From: Eledone cirrhosa
Taxonomy: Eukaryota
DNA: 64,000 nt
Assembly (NCBI GenBank): GCA_964016885.1
Contig: OZ024745.1
Coordinates: forward strand, 6,386,001-6,450,000
Reading direction: 5' to 3'
A program made the translations under genes and the position numbers. Below are positions 15,081 through 31,191 of this stretch, piece by piece. Under the pieces are notes generated by a model that was given only the letters and a program-made list of their open reading frames with translations, searched no databases and was not told the DNA's origin. Position 1 is the first letter of the stretch. Each line of letters opens with the position of its first letter.

Positions 15081-17946
15081 AGTATTATAATACTGTCTGA
15101 TATTGTATCATATCACTGTCAGATATAGTATAATAATACTGTCAGTTATGGTATTATATTACTGTCAGATATAGTATTATAATACTGTCAGATATTGTAT
15201 TATATCACTGTCAGATATAGTATTATAATACTGTCAGATATTGTATTATATCACTGTCAGATATTGTATTATATTACTGTCAGATATAGTATTATAATAT
15301 TTCTGATACAGTATTATAATACCGTCAGATATAGTATTATATTACTGTCAGATATAGTATTATATTACTGTCTGATATAGTATTATATTACTGTCAGATC
15401 TAGCGTTATAATACTGTCAGATCTAGTATTATAATACTGTCTGACAGTATTATATTATTGTCAGATATAGTATTATATTACTGTCAGATATAGTGTTATA
15501 ATACTGTCAGATATAGTATTATATTACTGTCTGATATAGTATTATAATACTGTCAGATATATTATTATATTACTGTCAGATATAGTATTATAATGCTATC
15601 AGATATAGTATTATATTACTGTCAGATATCGTATTATGTTACTGTCAGATATAGTATTATAATACTGTCAGATAGAGTATTATATTACTGTCTGACAGTA
15701 TTATATTCCTGTCAGATATATTATTATATTACTGTCAGATATAGTATTATATTACTGTTAGATATAGTATTATATTACTGTCAGATATAGTATTACATTA
15801 CTGTCAGATATAGTATTATAATACTGTCAGTTATAGTATTATATTACTGTCTGATATAGTATTATAATACTGTCAGATATAGTATTATAATACTGTCAGA
15901 TATAGTATTATAATACTGTCAGATATAGTAATATATTATGTCAGATATAGTATTATATTACTGTCAGATATAGTATTATATTACTGTCTGATATAGTATT
16001 ATAATACTGTCAGATATAGTATTATATTACTGTCAGATATAGTATTATATTACTGTCTGATACAGTATTATAATACCGTCAGATATAGTATTATATTACT
16101 GTCAGATATAGTATTATATTACTGTCTGATATAGTATTATATTACTGTCAGATCTAGTGTTATAATACTGTCAGATCTAGTATTATAATACTGTCTGACA
16201 GTATTATATTATTGTCAGATATAGTATTATATTACTGTCAGATATAGTGTTATAATACTGTCAGATATAGATTATATTACTGTCAGATATAGTGTTATAA
16301 TACTGTATGATAGAGTATTATAATATTGTCAGATATTGTATTATAATACTGTCTGACAGTATTATATTCCTGTCATATATAGTATTATATTACTGTTAGA
16401 TATAGTGTTATAATTCTGTCAGATATAGTATTATAATACTGTCAGATATAGTATTATAATACTGTCAGATATAGTAATATATTATGTCAGATATAGTATT
16501 ATATTACTGTCAGATATAGTATTATATTACTGTTTGATATAGTATTATAATACTGTCAGATATAGTATTATATTACTGTCAGATATAGTATTATATTACT
16601 GTCTGATACAGTATTATAATACCGTCAGATATAGTATTATATTACTGTCAGATATAGTATTATATTACTGTCTGATATAGTATTATATTACTGTTAGATC
16701 TAGTGTTATAATACTGTCAGATATAGTATTATAATACTGTCTGACAGTATTATATTATTGTCAGATATAGTATTATATTACTGTCAGATATAGTGTTATA
16801 ATACTGTCAGATACAGTATTATATTACTGTCAGATATAGTATTATTACACTGTATGATAGAGTATTATAATATTGTCAGATATTGTATTATATTTCTGTT
16901 AGATATAGTATTATAATACTTCTCAGATATAGTAATGTATTACTGTTAGATATAGTATTATAATACTGTCAGATATAATGTTATAATACTGTCAGATATA
17001 TTATTATATTACTGTCAGATATAGTATTATAATGCTATCAGATATAGCATTATATTACTGTCAGATATAGTATTATATTACTGTCAGATATAGTATTATA
17101 ATACTGTCAGATAGAGTATTATAATACTGTCTGACAGTATTATATTCCTGTCAGATATAGTATTATATTACTGTTAGATATAGTGTTATAATACTGTCAG
17201 ATATAGTATTATAATACTGTCAGATATAGTAATATATTATGTCAGATATAGTATTATATTACTGTCAGATATAGTATTATATTACTGTCTGATATAGTAT
17301 TATAATACTGTCAGATATAGTATTATATTACTGTCAGATATAGTATTATATTACTGTCTGATACAGTATTATAATACCGTCAGATATAGTATTATATTAC
17401 TGTCAGATATAGTATTATATTACTGTCTGATATAGTATTATATTACTGTCAGATCTAGCGTTATAATACTGTCAGATCTAGTATTATAATACTGTCTGAC
17501 AGTATTATATTATTGTCAGATATAGTATTATATTACTGTCAGATATAGTGTTATAATACTGTCAGATATAGTATTATATTACTGTCTGATATAGTATTAT
17601 AATACTGTCAGATATATTATTATATTACTGTCAGATATAGTATTATAATGCTATCAGATATAGTATTATATTACTGTCAGATATCGTATTATGTTACTGT
17701 CAGATATAGTATTATAATACTGTCAGATAGAGTATTATAATACTGTCTGACAGTATTATATTCCTGTCAGATATAGTGTTATAATACTGTCAGATATAGT
17801 ATTATATTACTGTCTGATATAGTATTATAATACTGTCAGATATATTATTATAATACTGACAGATATATTATTATAATACTGTCAGATATAGTATTATATT
17901 ACTGTCAGATATAGTATTATATTACTGTCAGATCTAGTATTATAAT

Positions 17947-18133
17947 TGTTTCTACTTTTGGCACAAGACCAGCAATTACCCAGTACACTACTGGTACTTT
18001 ATTTTATCGACCCCGTAAGGATGAAAGGCAAAGTTAACCTCGACGGGATTTGAAGTCAAACCGTAAAGGGACGTAACTATGCTAGAAAGCATGGCGTCCA
18101 ACCCTCTACTGATACTGCCAATTCACCGCCCTC
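17947..18133 (-). mobile_element. tRNA-derived SINE, copy 3 (identical to copy 2, same TSD and flanks; a duplicated copy, not a new insertion)
   Basis: 187 bp identical by eye to 14894-15080. TSD at 17936-17946 and 18134-18144. Shares private flank variants such as GTTATGGTATT. Offset 3053 bp. Confidence 0.92.
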
Positions 18134-18789
18134 AGTATTATAATACTGTCTGATATTGTATCATATCACTGTCAGATATAGTATAATAATACTGTCAGTT
18201 ATGGTATTATATTACTGTCAGATATAGTATTATAATACTGTCAGATATTGTATTATATCACTGTCAGATATAGTATTATAATACTGTCAGATATTGTATT
18301 ATATCACTGTCAGATATTGTATTATATTACTGTCAGATATAGTATTATAATATTTCTGATACTGTATTATATCACTGTCAGATATAGTATTATAATACTG
18401 TCAGATATAGTATTATATTACTGTCAGATATAGTATTATAATACTGTCAGATATATTATTATAATACTGTAAGATATAGTATTATATTACTGTCAGATAT
18501 AGTATTATAATACTATCAGATATAATATTATAATACTGTCAGATATAGAATTATATTACTGTCAGATATAGTATTATATTATTGTCAGATATAGTATTAT
18601 AATACTGTCAAATATAGTATTATATTACTGTTAGATATAGTATTATAATACTGTCAGATATAATGTTATAATACTGTCAGATATATTATTATATTACTGT
18701 CAGATATAGTATTAAAATGCTATCAGATATAGTATTATATTACTGTCAGATATTGTATTATATTACTGTCAGATATAGTATTATGATAC

Positions 18790-21700
18790 TGTCAGATAGA
18801 GTATTATAATACTGTCTGACAGTATTATATTCCTGTCATATATAGTATTATATTACTGTTAGATATAGTGTTATAATTCTGTCAGATATAGTATTATAAT
18901 ACTGTCAGATATAGTATTATAATACTGTCAGATATAGTAATATATTATGTCAGATATAGTATTATATTACTGTCAGATATAGTATTATATTACTGTTTGA
19001 TATAGTATTATAATACTGTCAGATATAGTATTATATTACTGTCAGATATAGTATTATATTACTGTCTGATACAGTATTATAATACCGTCAGATATAGTAT
19101 TATATTACTGTCAGATATAGTATTATATTACTGTCTGATATAGTATTATATTACTGTTAGATCTAGTGTTATAATACTGTCAGATATAGTATTATAATAC
19201 TGTCTGACAGTATTATATTATTGTCAGATATAGTATTATATTACTGTCAGATATAGTGTTATAATACTGTCAGATACAGTATTATATTACTGTCAGATAT
19301 AGTGTTATTACACTGTATGATAGAGTATTATAATATTGTCAGATATTGTATTATATTTCTGTTAGATATAGTATTATAATACTTCTCAGATATAGTATTA
19401 TATTACTGTTAGATATAGTATTATAATACTGTCAGATATAATGTTATAATACTGTCAGATATATTATTATATTACTGTCAGATATAGTATTATAATACTG
19501 TCAGATAGAGTATTATAATACTGTCTGACAGTATTATATTCCTGTCAGATATAGTATTATATTACTGTTAGATATAGTGTTATAATACTGTCAGATATAG
19601 TATTATAATACTGTCAGATATAGTAATATATTATGTCAGATATAGTATTATATTACTGTCAGATATAGTAATATATTACTGTCTGATATAGTATTATAAT
19701 ACTGTCAGATATAGTATTATATTACTGTCAGATATAGTATTATATTACTGTCTGATACAGTATTATAATACCGTCAGATATAGTATTATATTACTGTCAG
19801 ATATAGTATTATATTACTGTCTGATATAGTATTATATTACTGTCAGATCTAGCGTCATAATACTGTCAGATCTAGTATTATAATACTGTCTGACAGTATT
19901 ATATTATTGTCAGATATAGTATTATATTACTGTCAGATATAGTGTTATAATACTGTCAGATATAGTATTATATTACTGTCTGATATAGTATTATAATACT
20001 GTCAGATATATTATTATATTACTGTCAGATATAGTATTATAATGCTATCAGATATAGTATTATATTACTGTCAGATATCGTATTATGTTACTGTCAGATA
20101 TAGTATTATAATACTGTCAGATAGAGTATTATATTACTGTCTGACAGTATTATATTCCTGTCAGATATATTATTATATTACTGTCAGATATAGTATTATA
20201 TTACTGTTAGATATAGTATTATATTACTGTCAGATATAGTATTTCATTACTGTCAGATATAGTATTATAATACTGTCAGTTATAGTATTATATTACTGTC
20301 TGATATAGTATTATAATACTGTCAGATATAGTATTATAATACTGTCAGATATAGTATTATAATACTGTCAGATATAGTAATATATTATGTCAGATATAGT
20401 ATTATATTACTGTCAGATATAGTATTATATTACTGTCTGATATAGTATTATAATACTGTCAGATATAGTATTATATTACTGTCAGATATAGTATTATATT
20501 ACTGTCTGATACAGTATTATAATACCGTCAGATATAGTATTATATTACTGTCAGATATAGTATTATATTACTGTCTGATATAGTATTATATTACTGTCAG
20601 ATCTAGTGTTATAATACTGTCAGATCTAGTATTATAATACTGTCTGACAGTATTATATTATTGTCAGATATAGTATTATATTACTGTCAGATATAGTGTT
20701 ATAATACTGTCAGATATAGATTATATTACTGTCAGATATAGTGTTATAATACTGTATGATAGAGTATTATAATATTGTCAGATATTGTATTATAATACTG
20801 TCTGACAGTATTATATTCCTGTCATATATAGTATTATATTACTGTTAGATATAGTGTTATAATTCTGTCAGATATAGTATTATAATACTGTCAGATATAG
20901 TATTATAATACTGTCAGATATAGTAATATATTATGTCAGATATAGTATTATATTACTGTCAGATATAGTATTATATTACTGTTTGATATAGTATTATAAT
21001 ACTGTCAGATATAGTATTATATTACTGTCAGATATAGTATTATATTACTGTCTGATACAGTATTATAATACCGTCAGATATAGTATTATATTACTGTCAG
21101 ATATAGTATTATATTACTGTCTGATATAGTATTATATTACTGTTAGATCTAGTGTTATAATACTGTCAGATATAGTATTATAATACTGTCTGACAGTATT
21201 ATATTATTGTCAGATATAGTATTATATTACTGTCAGATATAGTGTTATAATACTGTCAGATACAGTATTATATTACTGTCAGATATAGTGTTATTACACT
21301 GTATGATAGAGTATTATAATATTGTCAGATATTGTATTATATTTCTGTTAGATATAGTATTATAATACTTCTCAGATATAGTATTATATTACTGTTAGAT
21401 ATAGTATTATAATACTGTCAGATATAATGTTATAATACTGTCAGATATATTATTATATTACTGTCAGATATAGTATTATAATGCTATCAGATATAGCATT
21501 ATATTACTGTCAGATATAGTATTATATTACTGTCAGTTATAGTATTATAATACTGTCAGATAGAGTATTATAATACTGTCTGACAGTATTATATTCCTGT
21601 CAGATATAGTATTATATTACTGTTAGATATAGTGTTATAATACTGTCAGATATAGTATTATAATACTGTCAGATATAGTAATATATTATGTCAGATATAG

Positions 21701-24700
21701 TATTATATTACTGTCAGATATAGTAATATATTACTGTCTGATATAGTATTATAATACTGTCAGATATAGTATTATATTACTGTCAGATATAGTATTATAT
21801 TACTGTCTGATACAGTATTATAATACCGTCAGATATAGTATTATATTACTGTCAGATATAGTATTATATTACTGTCTGATATAGTATTATATTACTGTCA
21901 GATCTAGCGTTATAATACTGTCAGATCTAGTATTATAATACTGTCTGACAGTATTATATTATTGTCAGATATAGTATTATATTACTGTCAGATATAGTGT
22001 TATAATACTGTCAGATATAGTATTATATTACTGTCTGATATAGTATTATAATACTGTCAGATATATTATTATATTACTGTCAGATATAGTATTATAATGC
22101 TATCAGATATAGTATTATATTACTGTCAGATATCGTATTATGTTACTGTCAGATATAGTATTATAATACTGTCAGATAGAGTATTATATTACTGTCTGAC
22201 AGTATTATATTCCTGTCAGATATATTATTATATTACTGTCAGATATAGTATTATATTACTGTTAGATATAGTATTATATTACTGTCAGATATAGTATTAC
22301 ATTACTGTCAGATATAGTATTATAATACTGTCAGTTATAGTATTATATTACTGTCTGATATAGTATTATAATACTGTCAGATATAGTATTATAATACTGT
22401 CAGATATAGTATTATAATACTGTCAGATATAGTAATATATTATGTCAGATATAGTATTATATTACTGTCAGATATAGTATTATATTACTGTCTGATATAG
22501 TATTATAATACTGTCAGATATAGTATTATATTACTGTCAGATATAGTATTATATTACTGTCTGATACAGTATTATAATACCGTCAGATATAGTATTATAT
22601 TACTGTCAGATATAGTATTATATTACTGTCTGATATAGTATTATATTACTGTCAGATCTAGTGTTATAATACTGTCAGATCTAGTATTATAATACTGTCT
22701 GACAGTATTATATTATTGTCAGATATAGTATTATATTACTGTCAGATATAGTGTTATAATACTGTCAGATATAGATTATATTACTGTCAGATATAGTGTT
22801 ATAATACTGTATGATAGAGTATTATAATATTGTCAGATATTGTATTATAATACTGTCTGACAGTATTATATTCCTGTCATATATAGTATTATATTACTGT
22901 TAGATATAGTGTTATAATTCTGTCAGATATAGTATTATAATACTGTCAGATATAGTATTATAATACTGTCAGATATAGTAATATATTATGTCAGATATAG
23001 TATTATATTACTGTCAGATATAGTATTATATTACTGTTTGATATAGTATTATAATACTGTCAGATATAGTATTATATTACTGTCAGATATAGTATTATAT
23101 TACTGTCTGATACAGTATTATAATACCGTCAGATATAGTATTATATTACTGTCAGATATAGTATTATATTACTGTCTGATATAGTATTATATTACTGTTA
23201 GATCTAGTGTTATAATACTGTCAGATATAGTATTATAATACTGTCTGACAGTATTATATTATTGTCAGATATAGTATTATATTACTGTCAGATATAGTGT
23301 TATAATACTGTCAGATACAGTATTATATTACTGTCAGATATAGTGTTATTACACTGTATGATAGAGTATTATAATATTGTCAGATATTGTATTATATTTC
23401 TGTTAGATATAGTATTATAATACTTCTCAGATATAGTAATGTATTACTGTTAGATATAGTATTATAATACTGTCAGATATAATGTTATAATACTGTCAGA
23501 TATATTATTATATTACTGTCAGATATAGTATTATAATGCTATCAGATATAGCATTATATTACTGTCAGATATAGTATTATATTACTGTCAGATATAGTAT
23601 TATAATACTGTCAGATAGAGTATTATAATACTGTCTGACAGTATTATATTCCTGTCAGATATAGTATTATATTACTGTTAGATATAGTGTTATAATACTG
23701 TCAGATATAGTATTATAATACTGTCAGATATAGTAATATATTATGTCAGATATAGTATTATATTACTGTCAGATATAGTATTATATTACTGTCTGATATA
23801 GTATTATAATACTGTCAGATATAGTATTATATTACTGTCAGATATAGTATTATATTACTGTCTGATACAGTATTATAATACCGTCAGATATAGTATTATA
23901 TTACTGTCAGATATAGTATTATATTACTGTCTGATATAGTATTATATTACTGTCAGATCTAGCGTTATAATACTGTCAGATCTAGTATTATAATACTGTC
24001 TGACAGTATTATATTATTGTCAGATATAGTATTATATTACTGTCAGATATAGTGTTATAATACTGTCAGATATAGTATTATATTACTGTCTGATATAGTA
24101 TTATAATACTGTCAGATATATTATTATATTACTGTCAGATATAGTATTATAATGCTATCAGATATAGTATTATATTACTGTCAGATATCGTATTATGTTA
24201 CTGTCAGATATAGTATTATAATACTGTCAGATAGAGTATTATAATACTGTCTGACAGTATTATATTCCTGTCAGATATATTATTATATTACTGTCAGATA
24301 TAGTATTATATTACTGTTAGATATAGTATTATATTACTGTCAGATATAGTATTACATTACTGTCAGATATAGTATTATAATACTGTCAGATATAGTATTA
24401 TATTACTGTCTGATATAGTATTATAATACTGTCAGATATAGTATTATAATACTGTCAGATATAGTATTATAATACTGTCAGATATAGTAATATATTATGT
24501 CAGATATAGTATTATATTACTGTCAGATATAGTATTATATTACTGTCTGATATAGTATTATAATACTGTCAGATATAGTATTATATTACTGTCAGATATA
24601 GTATTATATTACTGTCTGATACAGTATTATAATACCGTCAGATATAGTATTATATTACTGTCAGATATAGTATTATATTACTGTCTGATATAGTATTATA

Positions 24701-24790
24701 TTACTGTCAGATCTAGTGTTATAATACTGTCAGATCTAGTATTATAATACTGTCTGACAGTATTATATTATTGTCAGATATAGTATTATA
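18790..24790. repeat. About 2055-bp higher-order tandem unit, about 3 copies
   Basis: GATCTAGCGT marker at about 19846, 21901 and 23956. Identical spurious ORFs at 20042 and 22097 (offset 2055). TTATTACACTGTATGATAGAG at about 19306, 21291 and 23346. Confidence 0.85.
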
Positions 24791-25069
24791 TTACTGTTAG
24801 ATATAGTATTATATTTCTGTCTGATATCGTATTATATTACTGTCAGATATAGTATTAGAATACTGTCAGATATAGTATTATAATACTGTCAGATATAGTA
24901 TTATATTACTGTTAGATATAGTATTTTATTACTGTCAGATATAGTATTATATTACTGTCAGATATAGTATTATAATACTGTCAGATATAGTATTATAATA
25001 CTGTCAGATATATTATTATAATACTGTCAGATATAGTATTATATTACTGTCAGATATAGTATTATATTA

Positions 25070-28000
25070 CTGTCAGATATAGTATTATAATACTGTCTTA
25101 TAGAGTATTATAATACTGTCAGATATAGTATTATATTACTGTCAGATATAGTATTATAAACTCTCAGATATAGTATTATAATACTGTCAGTTATAGTATT
25201 ATAACACTGTCAGATATAGTATTATAATACTGTCAGATATAGTATTATAATACTGACAGATATATTATTATAATACTGTCAGATATAGTATTATATTACT
25301 GACAGATATAGTATTATAATACTGTCAGATATAGTATTATATTACTGTCAGATATAGTATTATATTACTGTCAGATCTAGTATTATAATACTGTCTGATA
25401 TTGTATCATATCACTGTCAGATATAGTATAATAATACTGTCAGTTATAGTATTATATTACTGTCAGATATAGTATTATAATACTGTCAGATATTGTATTA
25501 TATCACTGTCAGATATAGTATTATAATACTGTCAGATATTGTATTATATCACTGTCAGATATTGTATTATATTACTGTCAGATATATTATTATAATACTG
25601 TAAGATATAGTATTATATTACTGTCAGATATAGTATTATAATACTATCAGATATAATATTATAATACTGTCAGATATAGAATTATTTTACTGTCAGATAT
25701 AGTATTATATTATTGTCAGATATAGTATTATAATACTGTCAAATATAGTATTATATTACTGTTAGATATAGTATTATAATACTGTCAGATATAATGTTAT
25801 AATACTGTCAGATATATTATTATATTACTGTCAGATATAGTATTATATTACTGTCAGATATCGTATTATATTACTGTCAGATATAGTATTATGATACTGT
25901 CAGATAGAGTATTATAATACTGTCTGACAGTATTATATTCCTGTCATATATAGTATTATATTACTGTTAGATATAGTGTTATAATTCTGTCAGATATAGT
26001 ATTATAATACTGTCAGATATAGTATTATAATACTGTCAGATATAGTAATATATTATGTCAGATATAGTATTATATTACTGTCAGATATATTATTATATTA
26101 CTGTCTGATATAGTATTATAATACTGTCAGATATAGTATTATATTACTGTCAGATATAGTATTATATTACTGTCTGATACAGTATTATAATACCGTCAGA
26201 TATAGTATTATATTACTGTCAGATATAGTATTATATTACTGTCTGATATAGTATTATATTACTGTTAGATCTAGTGTTATAATACTGTCAGATATAGTAT
26301 TATAATACTGTCTGACAGTATTAAAATATTGTCAGATATAGTATTATATTACTGTCAGATATAGTGTTATAATACTGTCAGATATAGTATTATATTACTG
26401 TCAGATATAGTGTTATAACACTGTATGATAGAGTATTATAATATTGTCAGATATTGTATTATATTTCTGTTAGATATAGTATTATAATACTTCTCAGATA
26501 TAGTATTATATTACTGTTAGATATAGTATTATAATACTGTCAGATATAATGTTATAATACTGTCAGATCTAGTATTATAATACTGTCTGACAGTATTATA
26601 TTATTGTCAGATATAGTATTATATTACTGTCAGATATAGTGTTATAATACTGTCAGATATAGATTATATTACTGTCAGATATAGTGTTATAATACTGTAT
26701 GATAGAGTATTATAATATTGTCAGATATTGTATTATAATACTGTCTGACAGTATTATATTCCTGTCATATATAGTATTATATTACTGTTAGATATAGTGT
26801 TATAATTCTGTCAGATATAGTATTATAATACTGTCAGATATAGTATTATAATACTGTCAGATATAGTAATATATTATGTCAGATATAGTATTATATTACT
26901 GTCAGATATAGTATTATATTACTGTCAGATATAGTATCATAATACTGTCTTATAGAGTATTATAATACTGTCAGATATAGTATTATATTACTGTCAGATA
27001 TAGTATTATAAACTCTCAGATATAGTATTATAATACTGTCAGTTATAGTATTATAACACTGTCAGATATAGTATTATAATACTGTCAGATATAGTATTAT
27101 ATTACTGACAGATATAGTATTATAATACTGTCAGATATAGTATTATATTACTGTCAGATATAGTATTATATTACTGTCAGATCTAGTATTATAATACTGT
27201 CTGATATTGTATCATATCACTGTCAGATATAGTATAATAATACTGTCAGTTATAGTATTATATTACTGTCAGATATAGTATTATAATACTGTCAGATATT
27301 GTATTATATCACTGTCAGATATAGTAGTATAATACTGTCAGATATTGTATTATATCACTGTCAGATATTGTATTATATTACTGTCAGATATATTATTATA
27401 ATACTGTAAGATATAGTATTATATTACTGTCAGATATAGTATTATAATACTATCAGATATAATATTATAATACTGTCAGATATAGAATTATTTTACTGTC
27501 AGATATAGTATTATATTATTGTCAGATATAGTATTATAATACTGTCAAATATAGTATTATATTACTGTTAGATATAGTATTATAATACTGTCAGATATAA
27601 TGTTATAATACTGTCAGATATATTATTATATTACTGTCAGATATAGTATTATATTACTGTCAGATATCGTATTATATTACTGTCAGATATAGTATTATGA
27701 TACTGTCAGATAGAGTATTATAATACTGTCTGACAGTATTATATTCCTGTCATATATAGTATTATATTACTGTTAGATATAGTGTTATAATTCTGTCAGA
27801 TATAGTATTATAATACTGTCAGATATAATATTATAATACTGTCAGATATAGTAATATATTATGTCAGATATAGTATTATATTACTGTCAGATATATTATT
27901 ATATTACTGTCTGATATAGTATTATAATACTGTCAGATATAGTATTATATTACTGTCAGATATAGTATTATATTACTGTCTGATACAGTATTATAATACC

Positions 28001-28370
28001 GTCAGATATAGTATTATATTACTGTCAGATATAGTATTATATTACTGTCTGATATAGTATTATATTACTGTTAGATCTAGTGTTATAATACTGTCAGATA
28101 TAGTATTATAATACTGTCTGACAGTATTAAAATATTGTCAGATATAGTATTATATTACTGTCAGATATAGTGTTATAATACTGTCAGATATAGTATTATA
28201 TTACTGTCAGATATAGTGTTATAACACTGTATGATAGAGTATTATAATATTGTCAGATATTGTATTATATTTCTGTTAGATATAGTATTATAATACTTCT
28301 CAGATATAGTATTATATTACTGTTAGATATAGTATTATAATACTGTCAGATATAATGTTATAATACTGTC
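25070..28370. repeat. About 1.8-kb higher-order duplication (about 25070-26570 vs about 26920-28370)
   Basis: Shared private variants GTCTTATAGAG (25096/26948), TATAAACTCTCAG, GAATTATTTTAC and GTATTAAAATATTG (about 26318/28124). Boundaries approximate. Confidence 0.75.
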
Positions 28371-31024
28371 AGATATATTATTATATTACTGTCAGATATA
28401 GTATTATAGTGCTATCAGATATAGCATTATATTACTGTCAGATATAGTATTATATTACTGTCAGATATAGTATTATAATACTGTCAGATAGAGTATTATA
28501 ATACTGTCTGACAGTATTATATTCCTGTCAGATATAGTATTATATTACTGTTAGATATAGTGTTATAATACTGTCAGATATAGTATAATAATACTGTCAG
28601 ATATAGTAATATATTATGTCAGATATAGTATTATATTACTGTCAGATATAGTATTATATTACTGTCTGATATAGTATTATAATACTGTCAGATATAGTAT
28701 TATATTACTGTCAGATATAGTATTATATTACTGTCTGATACAGTATTATAATACCGTCAGATATAGTATTATATTACTGTCAGATATAGTATTATATTAC
28801 TGTCTGATATAGTATTATATTACAGTCAGATCTAGTGTTATAATACTGTCAGATCTAGTATTATAATACTGTCAGATATATTATTATATTACTGTCAGAT
28901 ATAGTATTATAATGCTATCAGATATAGTATTATATTACTGTCAGATATCGTATTATGTTACTGTCAGATATAGTATTATAATACTGTCAGATAGAGTATT
29001 ATAATACTGTCTGACAGTATTATATTCCTGTCAGATATATTATTATATTACTGTCAGATATAGTATTATATTACTGTTAGATATAGTATTATATTACTGT
29101 CAGATATAGTATTATATTACTGTCAGATATAGTATTATAATACTGTCAGATATAGTATTATATTACTGTCTGATATAGTATTATAATACTGTCAGATATA
29201 GTATTATAATACTGTCAGATATAGTATTATAATACTGTCAGATATAGTAATATATTATGTCAGATATAGTATTATATTACTGTCAGATATAGTATTATAT
29301 TACTGTCTGATATAGTATTATAATACTGTCAGATATAGTATTATATTACTGTCAGATATAGTATTATATTACTGTCAGATATAGTATTATATTACTGTCT
29401 GATACAGTATTATAATACCGTCAGATATAGTATTATATTACTGTCTGATACAGTATTATAATACCGTCAGATATAGTATTATATTACTGTCAGATATAGT
29501 ATTATATTATTGTCAGATATAGTATTATATTACTGTCAGATATAGTGTTATAATACTGTCAGATATAGATTATATTACTGTCAGATATAGTGTTATAATA
29601 CTGTATGATAGAGTATTATAATATTGTCAGATATTGTATTATATTTCTGTCAGATATAGTATTATAATACTTCTCAGATATAGTATTATATTACTGTTAG
29701 ATATAGTATTATAATACTGTCAGATATTGTATTATAATACTGTCTGAGATAGTATTATATTACTGTCAGATATAGTATTATATTACTGTCAGATATAATA
29801 TTATATTACTGTCTGATATAGTATTATAATACTTTATGATAGAGTATTATATTATTGTCAGATATAGTATTATGATACTCTCAGATATAGTATTATATTA
29901 CTGTTAGATATAGTATTATAATACTGCTGATATAGTATTATAATACTGTCAGATATAGTATTATATTACTGTTAGATATAGTATTATATTTCTGTCTGAT
30001 ATCGTATTATATTACTGTCAGATATAGTATTATAATACTGTCAGATATAGTATTATAATACTGTCAGATATAGTATTATATTACTGTTAGATATAGTATT
30101 ATATTACTGTCAGATATAGTATTATATTACTGTCAGATATAGTATTATAATACTGTCAGATATAGTATTATAATATTGTCAGATATATTATTATAATACT
30201 GTCAGATATAGTATTATATTACTGTCAGATATAGTATTATATTACTGTCAGATATAGTATTATAATACTGTCTTATAGAGTATTATAATACTGTCAGATA
30301 TAGTATTATATTACTGTCAGATATAGTATTATAAACTGTCAGATATAGTATTATAATACTGTCAGTTATAGTATTATAACACTGTCAGATATAGTATTAT
30401 AATACTGTCAGATATAGTATTATAATACTGACAGATATATTATTATAATACTGTCAGATATAGTATTATATTACTGACAGATATAGTATTATAATACTGT
30501 CAGATATAGTATTATATTACTGTCAGATATAGTATTATATTACTGTCAGATCTAGTATTATAATACTGTCTGATATTGTATCATATCACCGTCAGATATA
30601 GTATAATAATACTGTCAGTTATAGTATTATATTACTGTCAGATATAGTATTATAATACTGTCAGATATTGTATTATATCACTGTCAGATATAGTATTATA
30701 ATACTGTCAGATATTGTATTATATCACTGTCAGATATTGTATTATATTACTGTCAGATATATTATTATAATACTGTAAGATATAGTATTATATTACTGTC
30801 AGATATAGTATTATAATACTATCAGATATAATATTATAATTCTGTCAGATATAGAATTATTTTACTGTCAGATATAGTATTATATTATTGTCAGATATAG
30901 TATTATAATACTGTCAGATATAGTATTATATTACTGTTAGATATAGTATTATAATACTGTCAGATATAATGTTATAATACTGTCAGATATATTATTATAT
31001 TACTGTCAGATATAGTATTATAAT

Positions 31025-31191
31025 TGTTTCTACTATTGGCACAAGGCCAGAAAATTACTCAGTACATTACTGGTACTTTATTTTATCGACCCCGTAAGGA
31101 TGAAAGGCAAAGTTAACCTCGGCGGGATTTGAACTCAGAATGGCAAGGGCCGTAACTCTATGCGTCAAAGCATGGCGTCCGAACCTCTACC
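31025..31191 (-). mobile_element. tRNA-derived SINE, copy 4 (5'-truncated within the A-box; 12-16 bp TSD GATATAGTATTATAAT)
   Basis: Direct repeats at 31009-31024 and 31192-31207; the first 4 nt (GATA) could belong to either SINE or target. Empty paralogous site GATATAGTATTATAAT^GCTATCAG at about 45351-45374. Confidence 0.9.

Noticed and set aside
17947-18133. Fourth independent SINE insertion
   Set aside because: It is identical to copy 2 including TSD and flanking private variants, so it was counted as a duplication and excluded from the target-site argument.
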